Source: Eledone cirrhosa (lineage: Eukaryota). From it: a stretch of DNA of 64,000 nucleotides. The DNA lies in assembly GCA_964016885.1 (NCBI GenBank), contig OZ024743.1:357926001-357990000 (forward strand), in the 5' to 3' direction. The notes beneath the pieces were generated by a model. It was not told the DNA's origin, did not search any database, and saw only the letters and a list, made by a program, of their open reading frames with translations. Every line of letters begins with the position of its first letter. Position 1 is the stretch's first letter. A program made the translations under genes and the position numbers. This document shows, piece after piece, positions 42,567 to 54,200 of this stretch.

Positions 42567-42826
42567 ACTAAAGGTGGAAAACTGGGAGAGGGCACTTGCC
42601 TTGGTGGTCAGGGTCATTGTGGCTTTTTACTGGGCTTTCTCCACAAATGTCCCTCCGAAGTCTCCCCCCTATTGGGGAATTTTTCATTGTTATTTTCATT
42701 GTTATTTTTGTTACATCCTCTGTTTTTGTTTTTTTTACACGCAGAAATGCCCATTTGTACCGTCCTGCATTGTCCTGCACTGTCCTTAATGTCTACTTTA
42801 TGTAAACCCTTGTGGTTAATAAAGAA

Positions 42827-42871
42827 ATCATTATTATTATTATTATTATTGTTATTATTATTATTATTATT
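42827..42871. repeat. linker ATC(ATT)7GTT(ATT)6
   Basis: Counted directly. Confidence 0.9.
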
Positions 42872-43084
42872 GAATGCCATGGTTGACGGAGGCTCGGCTC
42901 TGTAAGGTATAGTAATTTTTAACCGTTAAAACAATTGTAAATTGTTTAAAACTTGAACCAAATTGTTGATAAAGACACCCTCCTCCTCGTGAGAGGGGTC
43001 TTTCTGTCCGTTATTTGGCCCTTCGGGGTTAAATAGCCAGTTATTGGGGTTTTGTACCCAAAATTTCATTTTAAACAAAAAAAC

Positions 43085-45184
43085 ATGGCTACCAAAAAAA
43101 AAAAATTTCATACGTCACTCCCACTCATTCCGTCTTCTTCTTCCTCAATCATCACTACAGGAGAGAGAAGATTGTCTCTCTCCCTCCCTTCTTTAAATGT
43201 GTCTCTCTCCCTACCTTCTCTTTCGCAAGCGACGAAAGAAAAGAAAAGTCTCGTGCAAAGCGTGCAAGGTTTCTCCACGACGACGACGACAGCGACGAAA
43301 CAGGTGTGCGGGAAATACGAAAACCCAGTTCATTCGTCTGACGTCAGGAATAATAGCAGTAGCAGCCGTAATAACAACAGCAACAGTGACAATGAAAACA
43401 ACAGTAGCAGCCGCAACAGCATCACCAGCAGCATAAACAACAACAGCATTAGCAGCAGCAACACCAACAACAACCACAGCAACAGCGGCGGAGGCAGTAG
43501 TCGTAGTACCTGCAGCAACAACAAAAGTACCAGCAGCTCTGACGACAACAACAACAGCAGAGAAAAACCAATCTCATTTGCAGGTATTGCGAAAAACCTG
43601 GAAACAATCCTCATAACAAATGAGGAATTAGAGGAAGCGAAGAAGATGGTGACAAAGAACGGACACCGAGCAATCTGCAAGGCAGCGAAAAATTTTTTCG
43701 AAACCCAAGAGCACTGTACGGTCACGTACCGTACAGTAAGTACAAAATCCCGTAGGGTGGAAAGAGCCACAGAGGCCCAAATACAAAAAGCCTTGGGGTC
43801 TGTGTGGCAGAGGAAAACGCACATCACCCGAGGCAAAAAATACGCCACCGTAGACGTACTTTTTGCCACACCCCAGGAGGCAAAGGCCCAATCAGTAGTG
43901 ACCCTAAGGAGCGAGGAAATGGTGTTGGTGCCCTCCTACTGCGGGCAAAAAATTGTGAGGGTCAAACTGACCCACGTCCCCCCCGGAATGACCCCTTCTT
44001 GGCTGGCCGCGTCTGTCCTCGTCGGAATCGAGGACAAAACAACTGTACTGCAAGTACAGAAAAAAGTAAGAGAAGATTGGGTCGGCTCCTCCATTGAGAT
44101 GCTAATCCAAACCAACCAGGAGTGCATCGAAGCTATCCCGGATGTGATAGACTTCGATAACGGCACTCAACTGCCCATAAGTGTTGAGGGCAAACGCCCG
44201 AAATGCTTTCGCTGTGGATCGAAGACTCACCTCAGGGCCTTCTGCAACGAGAAGACCCTGAGAAAGGAGAAAACCCCCCTCCTCCCGAATCCGGTTCCAC
44301 GGCTACCAGCAACAGGACAAGCGGCAACCAGGAACGATAGGTCCGTGGCACCCATACCCACTCCACGGAAATCAAAGACAGCAGCAGCAGTGGAAATATT
44401 AACAACAACAACAGCAATACCAAATGCAGCTGCAACAGAGACTCCAGTGCAAACATCACCAACAACAACAAGTGAAAGAGTGGAGCTGGTACCCCTCCCC
44501 GACCTTACAGAATCAGACATGGAGTGTGAGGTGGGAGAGGGATGGCAAAAGGTCTCAAGAAGGCACAAACGCAGAAGCAGCGCATCGTCGCCTTTGAAAA
44601 GGGAGGAAAGAAATGAGAAAAGGGTAAAGTCTACTGCAAAGAGACCCACAGCAGCAACACCACCAACACCATCACCACCCACACCAGCACCACCATCACC
44701 ACCGGCGACAACCCCACCGCCAACAACACCTTCAACACCACCACCACAAGCACCAACATCGCAAACACAACAACAAAACACACACACCCAGCAACAACGA
44801 CAAGAAAATAGCAGAACCACACCCCACCCCCAGAAAAACAAATGCACGGCAATAAACACACACAACAAGAAACTAATGACTTACATAATTGAACACACAG
44901 ACATTTCACAACAGGACTACATAATACCAGCACCAATCAAAACGCCAACTAACATAAGACTGCTAAAAATAGCACAGAAACAATACACAAATATTAAAAC
45001 GAAATTCCCCAACGCAGTTGGTGATTTCAGGGACCTAGGAGGAACCATCAATCGAAGAGTATACTCAGACATTCTCTTAGAAGAGCCGACGACCAGCCGA
45101 AGGGACGATTCAACGGTCCCTTCACCAGACGATCAAGTGAAAAGGGATGTAAAAACCATCCCTCCTCTACCAAAAGTACGGTAA
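43085..45184 (+). CDS. ORF1p copy 7
   Basis: As copy 1. Confidence 0.9.
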   Translation: MATKKKKFHTSLPLIPSSSSSIITTGERRLSLSLPSLNVSLSLPSLSQATKEKKSLVQSVQGFSTTTTTATKQVCGKYENPVHSSDVRNNSSSSRNNNSNSDNENNSSSRNSITSSINNNSISSSNTNNNHSNSGGGSSRSTCSNNKSTSSSDDNNNSREKPISFAGIAKNLETILITNEELEEAKKMVTKNGHRAICKAAKNFFETQEHCTVTYRTVSTKSRRVERATEAQIQKALGSVWQRKTHITRGKKYATVDVLFATPQEAKAQSVVTLRSEEMVLVPSYCGQKIVRVKLTHVPPGMTPSWLAASVLVGIEDKTTVLQVQKKVREDWVGSSIEMLIQTNQECIEAIPDVIDFDNGTQLPISVEGKRPKCFRCGSKTHLRAFCNEKTLRKEKTPLLPNPVPRLPATGQAATRNDRSVAPIPTPRKSKTAAAVEILTTTTAIPNAAATETPVQTSPTTTSERVELVPLPDLTESDMECEVGEGWQKVSRRHKRRSSASSPLKREERNEKRVKSTAKRPTAATPPTPSPPTPAPPSPPATTPPPTTPSTPPPQAPTSQTQQQNTHTQQQRQENSRTTPHPQKNKCTAINTHNKKLMTYIIEHTDISQQDYIIPAPIKTPTNIRLLKIAQKQYTNIKTKFPNAVGDFRDLGGTINRRVYSDILLEEPTTSRRDDSTVPSPDDQVKRDVKTIPPLPKVR

Positions 45185-45219
45185 GTGGTCTTTCCCATCT
45201 TTTCCACTCTATTTTAAAC

Positions 45220-48200
45220 ATGACCTCACTCAGAATAGGCAGCATAAATGCGCGTGGCTTGGGGTCGTCATGGAAGCAGGGTCACCTGCTCAACGACCTC
45301 AGGTCACTAAACATAGATGTAGTGGCCATCAGCGAGACCAGAATCTCCGAAGCACGGGCCTTCGCACCGATCTTCGGCGGCTACGATGTGTACGCATCTC
45401 CCAGCCGTCCTGGATCGGGTGGAGGAGTTGCTGTGCTTTTTCGGAGAGGTTTGGATCTCGCCATACGGGCCATCTTCCTGGACCCAGAGGGTAAGCTGGT
45501 GGTGCTGGACGTGACCAGCGGAGACGGGCAAGCTTTCAGGCTAGTGGCCGTCTATGCCCCGACAGGAGCAGGGCGGCCTGATTTCTTCCGGCGTCTGGAG
45601 ACCTTTCTTGGAACGTCGCGCTCTTTAGTGTTAGTGGGCGACTGGAACGGGATCTTAGATGCACGCTGGGACTGTGTGGGATTAGCGGATAGGGGTGGAG
45701 GGTGCAAGAGCCTCACCAACCTGCTCAGGCGTTTTGAACTGTCTGACAGGTACCGATTGGATTTCCCGAATGTGCCAATGTGGACTTGGACAAACCGCAT
45801 AGGGTCATCCAGATCATATCTAGATAGAGTATTTTGTAGGGAAATAGATAGGTCTAGCATAGGCTGTCCACAATTCAAGATAGTCAGCTACACGGACCAC
45901 AAATTCGTGATCTGTGTGCTTGACTTAGATAGGCTTCATAGACGAGGACCCGGCTACTGGAAGCTAAACGCGTCCTTACCAGCGCGCAAGGCCTACAGAG
46001 ACCGGATTAGCGAACTAGTTAAGCGGGCGTTGACGGGGGCCATCGTCAACAACAAGTGGTGGTTTGCTCTGAAAAGAGCGATTAGAATAGAATCGATTAG
46101 GTTTAGTAAGGCTTTAGCAATAGAGAAAAATAGAGCAGAGGGAGAACTAGTTAGAAAATTAGACGAGGCGCTTAGCAAAGGCATTGCGACCGACGTGCTT
46201 GCGGCGAAATTGGCCCTTGACCAATTCTTCAATGCAAAGCACGAAGGCTGCGTTGTCAGAGCTAGGGTGCGTGCTCTCGGACACGAGGGGACGAAAGCCG
46301 TTCAATGGGCCCGAGTGGCGGAGGCGCGTCGTGGCAACAAAGCCACGATCCGGTCTTTGGTGGACCACGACGGGCGCATGCTACTCGATCCCGGGCAAAT
46401 GTGTGAAGCTTTTCAGCGACACTTCGCTCAGCTGTTCGGGGGCAGCGGGGGGCCGGGTAGAGGGATGGACTTTAGTGTCTACCTCGACGGACTGCCGCGG
46501 CTCTCGGCCACTGAGGCGAAGTGTTGCGAAAAGCCGATAACAGCCGCTGAAGTAAGGGAGGCAATGACTGGCTGCACAAGGGGTAAATCGCCTGGTTTGG
46601 ATGGTCTGCCCTATGAACTTTACGTACAGATGCCAGACTTGTTCGGAGGCCTCTTGGCGGACGTCTACTGCAACTGGCAACAGAACGGGAGAATTCCCAG
46701 TTCTGTGAGCCGAGGAGCGGTGGCACTGCTGAGAAAGGATCCGAACAAGGGGGATAACATAGACAATTTCCGGCCCATAACTCTGCTAAACACAGAGTTT
46801 AAGATTTTGGCCAAGGTGCTAGCAAAGAGGTTGGCGCTTGTCGTTGGTGGTCTGGTGGGAGAGGCGCAGACATGCGCCATTCCCGACAGATCCATCCACG
46901 ACAACCTCCACCTCATGCGATACATCGTAGAGAGGGTAGCTAGGGAACCTGGCACGGGTGGGTCCTTGATCAATTTAGATCAGTCGAAAGCTTTCGATAG
47001 GGTCGACCATCGTTACCTAGCGGCAGTCCTGAGGGCGGCTGGCTTTGGGCCCGTCTTCAGAGGCTGGATCGCTGCCATGCACAGCGACATCTGCTCTGTG
47101 GTGAGAGTGAACGGTCACCTGTCGGAACCGTTCAACATCATGCGCTCGGTCCGCCAAGGATGTCCCCTCTCGTCCCTCTTGTACGTATTGACTCTCGAGC
47201 CATTACTGCACAAACTGGAGACGTTGAGGGGAGTCCCGCGCGAACTAGGATGCGGAAGATCCGTGTCAGCATATGCGGACGATGTCACCGTAGTGGTGTC
47301 GAACGCCAAACACATCGAGGCGATCGGCACTACACTAAGAGAATACGAAGCGGTGACAGGAGCAATGATCAACCAGGAAAAGTCAGTGGGCCTGCAGCTC
47401 GGCACCTGGAGAGGCAGGTCCATGCCGTCCAACAGCGTCGTCGGGCGCTGGACGGACGGACCGGTTAAATTGCTAGGGGTCTGGTTCGGTCCGGACCTCC
47501 AGACGGACAAAAACTGGGACGAGGTGACGAGCAGGGTGGCTTCTCTCACCCAGAAATGGGCGGAGAGGAAGCTATCCCTGAAAGGTCGAGCGGAGGTGGC
47601 TAACGCGTACATCGCGTCTGTCATCTGCTACCGCCTAACCGTCGTACCTTGTCCTAAGCCTCGCCTGACTGCGCTGGAGCGTTTGCTCTTTCGCTTTTTG
47701 TGGAAGGGACGTGCTCCGATGGTCAGGCGGTCCATCTGTTGTCAACACCCGCTACGTGGAGGGCTGGGCATGCCGTGGCTGATGATGCGCAGGCACGCGC
47801 TCAGGCTACGACATCTCCACCTCTTCCTCGACGGTGATCAGGTGTGGTCGCCGTTTGCTAGACGCGTTTTTCCCCAGCTCGTTTCCTTGACGGAGCTGCA
47901 GTCCTGGGTCAAGCGAAGACCGAGAGGGAGCGCCTGGAGACTGGAATGTCTTCAGGCGCTCACAGCCCTCGACCAATCGGGCAATGTGATCGGTGGAAAC
48001 TCCACCTCGGCGTTCTATAGAGGATTAGTGGAGGGGAAGAGCGACGACGTACTTGGGGAAACTCTAGGCGTCGACGAAAATCAACTAGCCAATCTCTTCG
48101 GAAGAACCTTCGGGCCAGGGCCTATGGACAACTTCCAGAAATCTCTGGCCTGGCAGTGCTACCGAGGAGCCTTGCCAGTTCGGGATAAACTCTACAGGCA

Positions 48201-48639
48201 TGGAGGTGCCGTCAGCCGGGCATGTCCGAGATGCGCGCAGGGCGACGAAACCGTCCTGCACGCACTCGTCCAGTGTCCGAAAATTGCTGACTTGTGGGTT
48301 TATGTCGAACACCTGCTGTCGCGTTTAGGACGGATCCAGCTATCATCTGAGTCTATCGTGAGGATTGCCCCGCCCTCCTCCTTTAGCCGGGAAGGGCAGG
48401 CAGTTTTTATCTGTCTGGTGGCCATGGCGAAAGAGATAGTATGGTGGACACGTTTGAAAGGGCTGAAGACGAGCACTTACCTCTTCGGTGATGCTCTGAT
48501 TGACTTTTTCAAATTTCATTTGAAAAGGAAAATCAGAGTAGAGAAGGAAGTGCTCTCTTCCCAGCATTTTGTTGAAAGATGGGTGAGAGAAGCAAGAATG
48601 GCCCGAGTGAATGGGCCGACTCTGAGTATATATCTGTAA
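45220..48639 (+). CDS. ORF2p copy 7
   Basis: Intact 1139 aa. Confidence 0.97.
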   Translation: MTSLRIGSINARGLGSSWKQGHLLNDLRSLNIDVVAISETRISEARAFAPIFGGYDVYASPSRPGSGGGVAVLFRRGLDLAIRAIFLDPEGKLVVLDVTSGDGQAFRLVAVYAPTGAGRPDFFRRLETFLGTSRSLVLVGDWNGILDARWDCVGLADRGGGCKSLTNLLRRFELSDRYRLDFPNVPMWTWTNRIGSSRSYLDRVFCREIDRSSIGCPQFKIVSYTDHKFVICVLDLDRLHRRGPGYWKLNASLPARKAYRDRISELVKRALTGAIVNNKWWFALKRAIRIESIRFSKALAIEKNRAEGELVRKLDEALSKGIATDVLAAKLALDQFFNAKHEGCVVRARVRALGHEGTKAVQWARVAEARRGNKATIRSLVDHDGRMLLDPGQMCEAFQRHFAQLFGGSGGPGRGMDFSVYLDGLPRLSATEAKCCEKPITAAEVREAMTGCTRGKSPGLDGLPYELYVQMPDLFGGLLADVYCNWQQNGRIPSSVSRGAVALLRKDPNKGDNIDNFRPITLLNTEFKILAKVLAKRLALVVGGLVGEAQTCAIPDRSIHDNLHLMRYIVERVAREPGTGGSLINLDQSKAFDRVDHRYLAAVLRAAGFGPVFRGWIAAMHSDICSVVRVNGHLSEPFNIMRSVRQGCPLSSLLYVLTLEPLLHKLETLRGVPRELGCGRSVSAYADDVTVVVSNAKHIEAIGTTLREYEAVTGAMINQEKSVGLQLGTWRGRSMPSNSVVGRWTDGPVKLLGVWFGPDLQTDKNWDEVTSRVASLTQKWAERKLSLKGRAEVANAYIASVICYRLTVVPCPKPRLTALERLLFRFLWKGRAPMVRRSICCQHPLRGGLGMPWLMMRRHALRLRHLHLFLDGDQVWSPFARRVFPQLVSLTELQSWVKRRPRGSAWRLECLQALTALDQSGNVIGGNSTSAFYRGLVEGKSDDVLGETLGVDENQLANLFGRTFGPGPMDNFQKSLAWQCYRGALPVRDKLYRHGGAVSRACPRCAQGDETVLHALVQCPKIADLWVYVEHLLSRLGRIQLSSESIVRIAPPSSFSREGQAVFICLVAMAKEIVWWTRLKGLKTSTYLFGDALIDFFKFHLKRKIRVEKEVLSSQHFVERWVREARMARVNGPTLSIYL

Positions 48640-48899
48640 ACTAAAGGTGGAAAACTGGGAGAGGGCACTTGCCTTGGTGGTCAGGGTCATTGTGGCTTTT
48701 TACTGGGCTTTCTCCACAAATGTCCCTCCGAAGTCTCCCCCCTATTGGGGAATTTTTCACTGTTATTTTCATTGTTATTTTTGTTACATCCTCTATTTTT
48801 GTTTTTTTTACACGCAGAAATGCCCATTTGTACCGTCCTGCATTGTCCTGCACTGTCCTTAATGTCTACTTTATGTAAACCCTTGTGGTTAATAAAGAA

Positions 48900-48926
48900 A
48901 TCATTATTATTATTATTATTATTATT
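48900..48926. repeat. linker ATC(ATT)8
   Basis: Counted directly. Confidence 0.9.
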
Positions 48927-49139
48927 GAATGCCATGGTTGACGGAGGCTCGGCTCTGTAGGGTGTAGTAGTTTTTGACCGTTGAAACAATTGTAAATTGT
49001 TTGAAACTTGAGCCAAATTGTTGATAAGGACGCCCTCCTCCTCGTGAGAGGGGTCTTTCTGTCCGTTATTTGGCCCTTCGGGGTTGAATAGCCAGTTGTT
49101 GGGGTTTTGTACCCAAAATTTCATTTTAAACAGAAAAAC

Positions 49140-51239
49140 ATGGCTACCAAAAAAAAAAAATTTCATACGTCACTCCCACTCATTCCGTCTTCTTCTTCCT
49201 CAATCATCACTACAGGAGAGAGAAGATTGTCTCTCTCCCTCCCTTCTTTAAATGTGTCTCTCTCCCTACCTTCTCTTTCGCAAGCGACGAAAGAAAAGAA
49301 AAGTCTCGTGCAAAGCGTGCAAGGTTTCTCCACGACGACGACGACAGCGACGAAACAGGTGTGCGGGAAATACGAAAACCCAGTTCATTCGTCTGACGTC
49401 AGGAATAATAGCAGTAGCAGCCGTAATAACAACAGCAACAGTGACAATGAAAACAACAGTAGCAGCCGCAACAGCATCACCAGCAGCATAAACAACAACA
49501 GCATTAGCAGCAGCAACACCAACAACAACCACAGCAACAGCGGCGGAGGCAGTAGTCGTAGTACCTGCAGCAACAACAAAAGTACCAGCAGCTCTGACGA
49601 CAACAACAACAGCAGAGAAAAACCAATCTCATTTGCAGGTATTGCGAAAAACCTGGAAACAATCCTCATAACAAATGAGGAATTAGAGGAAGCGAAGAAG
49701 ATGGTGACAAAGAACGGACACCGAGCAATCTGCAAGGCAGCGAAAAATTTTTTCGAAACCCAAGAGCACTGTACGGTCACGTACCGTACAGTAAGTACAA
49801 AATCCCGTAGGGTGGAAAGAGCCACAGAGGCCCAAATACAAAAAGCCTTGGGGTCTGTGTGGCAGAGGAAAACGCACATCACCCGAGGCAAAAAATACGC
49901 CACCGTAGACGTACTTTTTGCCACACCCCAGGAGGCAAAGGCCCAATCAGTAGTGACCCTAAGGAGCGAGGAAATGGTGTTGGTGCCCTCCTACTGCGGG
50001 CAAAAAATTGTGAGGGTCAAACTGACCCACGTCCCCCCCGGAATGACCCCTTCTTGGCTGGCCGCGTCTGTCCTCGTCGGAATCGAGGACAAAACAACTG
50101 TACTGCAAGTACAGAAAAAAGTAAGAGAAGATTGGGTCGGCTCCTCCATTGAGATGCTAATCCAAACCAACCAGGAGTGCATCGAAGCTATCCCGGATGT
50201 GATAGACTTCGATAACGGCACTCAACTGCCCATAAGTGTTGAGGGCAAACGCCCGAAATGCTTTCGCTGTGGATCGAAGACTCACCTCAGGGCCTTCTGC
50301 AACGAGAAGACCCTGAGAAAGGAGAAAACCCCCCTCCTCCCGAATCCGGTTCCACGGCTACCAGCAACAGGACAAGCGGCAACCAGGAACGATAGGTCCG
50401 TGGCACCCATACCCACTCCACGGAAATCAAAGACAGCAGCAGCAGTGGAAATATTAACAACAACAACAGCAATACCAAATGCAGCTGCAACAGAGACTCC
50501 AGTGCAAACATCACCAACAACAACAAGTGAAAGAGTGGAGCTGGTACCCCTCCCCGACCTTACAGAATCAGACATGGAGTGTGAGGTGGGAGAGGGATGG
50601 CAAAAGGTCTCAAGAAGGCACAAACGCAGAAGCAGCGCATCGTCGCCTTTGAAAAGGGAGGAAAGAAATGAGAAAAGGGTAAAGTCTACTGCAAAGAGAC
50701 CCACAGCAGCAACACCACCAACACCATCACCACCCACACCAGCACCACCATCACCACCGGCGACAACCCCACCGCCAACAACACCTTCAACACCACCACC
50801 ACAAGCACCAACATCGCAAACACAACAACAAAACACACACACCCAGCAACAACGACAAGAAAATAGCAGAACCACACCCCACCCCCAGAAAAACAAATGC
50901 ACGGCAATAAACACACACAACAAGAAACTAATGACTTACATAATTGAACACACAGACATTTCACAACAGGACTACATAATACCAGCACCAATCAAAACGC
51001 CAACTAACATAAGACTGCTAAAAATAGCACAGAAACAATACACAAACATTAAAACGAAATTCCCCAACGCAGTTGGTGATTTCAGGGACCTAGGAGGAAC
51101 CATTAATCGAAGAGTATATTCAGACATTCTCTTAGAAGAGCCGACGACCAGCCGAAGGGACGATTCAACGGTCCCTTCACCAGACGATCAAGTGAAAAGG
51201 GATGTAAAAACCATCCCTCCTCTACCAAAAATACGGTAA
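49140..51239 (+). CDS. ORF1p copy 8
   Basis: As copy 1. Confidence 0.9.
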   Translation: MATKKKKFHTSLPLIPSSSSSIITTGERRLSLSLPSLNVSLSLPSLSQATKEKKSLVQSVQGFSTTTTTATKQVCGKYENPVHSSDVRNNSSSSRNNNSNSDNENNSSSRNSITSSINNNSISSSNTNNNHSNSGGGSSRSTCSNNKSTSSSDDNNNSREKPISFAGIAKNLETILITNEELEEAKKMVTKNGHRAICKAAKNFFETQEHCTVTYRTVSTKSRRVERATEAQIQKALGSVWQRKTHITRGKKYATVDVLFATPQEAKAQSVVTLRSEEMVLVPSYCGQKIVRVKLTHVPPGMTPSWLAASVLVGIEDKTTVLQVQKKVREDWVGSSIEMLIQTNQECIEAIPDVIDFDNGTQLPISVEGKRPKCFRCGSKTHLRAFCNEKTLRKEKTPLLPNPVPRLPATGQAATRNDRSVAPIPTPRKSKTAAAVEILTTTTAIPNAAATETPVQTSPTTTSERVELVPLPDLTESDMECEVGEGWQKVSRRHKRRSSASSPLKREERNEKRVKSTAKRPTAATPPTPSPPTPAPPSPPATTPPPTTPSTPPPQAPTSQTQQQNTHTQQQRQENSRTTPHPQKNKCTAINTHNKKLMTYIIEHTDISQQDYIIPAPIKTPTNIRLLKIAQKQYTNIKTKFPNAVGDFRDLGGTINRRVYSDILLEEPTTSRRDDSTVPSPDDQVKRDVKTIPPLPKIR

Positions 51240-51274
51240 GTGGTCTTTCCCATCTTTTCCACTCTATTTTAAAC

Positions 51275-54200
51275 ATGACCTCACTCAGAATAGGCAGCAT
51301 AAATGCGCGTGGCTTGGGGTCGTCATGGAAGCAGGGTCACCTGCTCAACGACCTCAGGTCACTAAACATAGATGTAGTGGCCATCAGCGAGACCAGAATC
51401 TCCGAAGCACGGGCCTTCGCACCGATCTTCGGCGGCTACGATGTGTACGCATCTCCCAGCCGTCCTGGATCGGGTGGAGGAGTTGCTGTGCTTTTTCGGA
51501 GAGGTTTGGATCTCGCCATACGGGCCATCTTCCTGGACCCAGAGGGTAAGCTGGTGGTGCTGGACGTGACCAGCGGAGACGGGCAAGCTTTCAGGCTAGT
51601 GGCCGTCTATGCCCCGACAGGAGCAGGGCGGCCTGATTTCTTCCGGCGTCTGGAGACCTTTCTTGGAACGTCGCGCTCTTTAGTGTTAGTGGGCGACTGG
51701 AACGGGATCTTAGATGCACGCTGGGACTGTGTGGGATTAGCGGATAGGGGTGGAGGGTGCAAGAGCCTCACCAACCTGCTCAGGCGTTTTGAACTGTCTG
51801 ACAGGTACCGATTGGATTTCCCGAATGTGCCAATGTGGACTTGGACAAACCGCATAGGGTCATCCAGATCATATCTAGATAGAGTATTTTGTAGGGAAAT
51901 AGATAGGTCTAGCATAGGCTGTCCACAATTCAAGATAGTCAGCTACACGGACCACAAATTCGTGATCTGTGTGCTTGACTTAGATAGGCTTCATAGACGA
52001 GGACCCGGCTACTGGAAGCTAAACGCGTCCTTACCAGCGCGCAAGGCCTACAGAGACCGGATTAGCGAACTAGTTAAGCGGGCGTTGACGGGGGCCATCG
52101 TCAACAACAAGTGGTGGTTTGCTCTGAAAAGAGCGATTAGAATAGAATCGATTAGGTTTAGTAAGGCTTTAGCAATAGAGAAAAATAGAGCAGAGGGAGA
52201 ACTAGTTAGAAAATTAGACGAGGCGCTTAGCAAAGGCATTGCGACCGACGTGCTTGCGGCGAAATTGGCCCTTGACCAATTCTTCAATGCAAAGCACGAA
52301 GGCTGCGTTGTCAGAGCTAGGGTGCGTGCTCTCAGACACGAGGGGACGAAAGCCGTTCAATGGGCCCGAGTGGCGGAGGCGCGTCGTGGCAACAAAGCCA
52401 CGATCCGGTCTTTGGTGGACCACGACGGGCGCATGCTACTCGATCCCGGGCAAATGTGTGAAGCTTTTCAGCGACACTTCGCTCAGCTGTTCGGGGGCAG
52501 CGGGGGGCCGGGTAGAGGGATGGACTTTAGTGTCTACCTCGACGGACTGCCGCGGCTCTCGGCCACTGAGGCGAAGTGTTGCGAAAAGCCGATAACAGCC
52601 GCTGAAGTAAGGGAGGCAATGACTGGCTGCACAAGGGGTAAATCGCCTGGTTTGGATGGTCTGCCCTATGAACTTTACGTACAGATGCCAGACTTGTTCG
52701 GAGGCCTCTTGGCGGACGTCTACTGCAACTGGCAACAGAACGGGAGAATTCCCAATTCTGTGAGCCGAGGAGCGGTGGCACTGCTGAGAAAGGATCCGAA
52801 CAAGGGGGATAACATAGACAATTTCCGGCCCATAACTCTGCTAAACACAGAGTTTAAGATTTTGGCCAAGGTGCTAGCAAAGAGGTTGGCGCTTGTCGTT
52901 GGTGGTCTGGTGGGAGAGGCGCAGACATGCGCCATTCCCGACAGATCCATCCACGACAACCTCCACCTCATGCGATACATCGTAGAGAGGGTAGCTAGGG
53001 AACCTGGCACGGGTGGGTCCTTGATCAATTTAGATCAGTCGAAAGCTTTCGATAGGGTCGACCATCGTTACCTAGCGGCAGTCCTGAGGGCGGCTGGCTT
53101 TGGGCCCGTCTTCAGAGGCTGGATCGCTGCCATGCACAGCGACATCTGCTCTGTGGTGAGAGTGAACGGTCACCTGTCGGAACCGTTCAACATCATGCGC
53201 TCGGTCCGCCAAGGATGTCCCCTCTCGTCCCTCTTGTACGTATTGACTCTCGAGCCATTACTGCACAAACTGGAGACGTTGAGGGGAGTCCCGCGCGAAC
53301 TAGGATGCGGAAGATCCGTGTCAGCATATGCGGACGATGTCACCGTAGTGGTGTCGAACGCCAAACACATCGAGGCGATCGGCACTACACTAAGAGAATA
53401 CGAAGCGGTGACAGGAGCAATGATCAACCAGGAAAAGTCAGTGGGCCTGCAGCTCGGCACCTGGAGAGGCAGGTCCATGCCGTCCAACAGCGTCGTCGGG
53501 CGCTGGACGGACGGACCGGTTAAATTGCTAGGGGTCTGGTTCGGTCCGGACCTCCAGACGGACAAAAACTGGGACGAGGTGACGAGCAGGGTGGCTTCTC
53601 TCACCCAGAAATGGGCGGAGAGGAAGCTATCCCTGAAAGGTCGAGCGGAGGTGGCTAACGCGTACATCGCGTCTGTCATCTGCTACCGCCTAACCGTCGT
53701 ACCTTGTCCTAAGCCTCGCCTGACTGCGCTGGAGCGTTTGCTCTTTCGCTTTTTGTGGAAGGGACGTGCTCCGATGGTCAGGCGGTCCATCTGTTGTCAA
53801 CACCCGCTACGTGGAGGGCTGGGCATGCCGTGGCTGATGATGCGCAGGCACGCGCTCAGGCTACGACATCTCCACCTCTTCCTCGACGGTGATCAGGTGT
53901 GGTCGCCGTTTGCTAGACGCGTTTTTCCCCAGCTCGTTTCCTTGACGGAGCTGCAGTCCTGGGTCAAGCGAAGACCGAGAGGGAGCGCCTGGAGACTGGA
54001 ATGTCTTCAGGCGCTCACAGCCCTCGACCAATCGGGCAATGTGATCGGTGGAAACTCCACCTCGGCGTTCTATAGAGGATTAGTGGAGGGGAAGAGCGAC
54101 GACGTACTTGGGGAAACTCTAGGCGTCGACGAAAATCAACTAGCCAATCTCTTCGGAAGAACTTTCGGGCCAGGGCCTATGGACAACTTCCAGAAATCTC

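Larger units (their letters stand above)
36799..42826 (+). mobile_element. retrotransposon copy 6, full length
   Basis: Near-identical; private ORF2 K>R and W>R changes. Confidence 0.95.
42872..48899 (+). mobile_element. retrotransposon copy 7, full length
   Basis: Near-identical; private ORF1 I>V and ORF2 R>G changes. Confidence 0.95.

Noticed and set aside
48687-49166. 159-aa antisense ORF unique to the copy 7/8 junction
   Set aside because: A by-product of the A>G changes removing minus-strand stop codons
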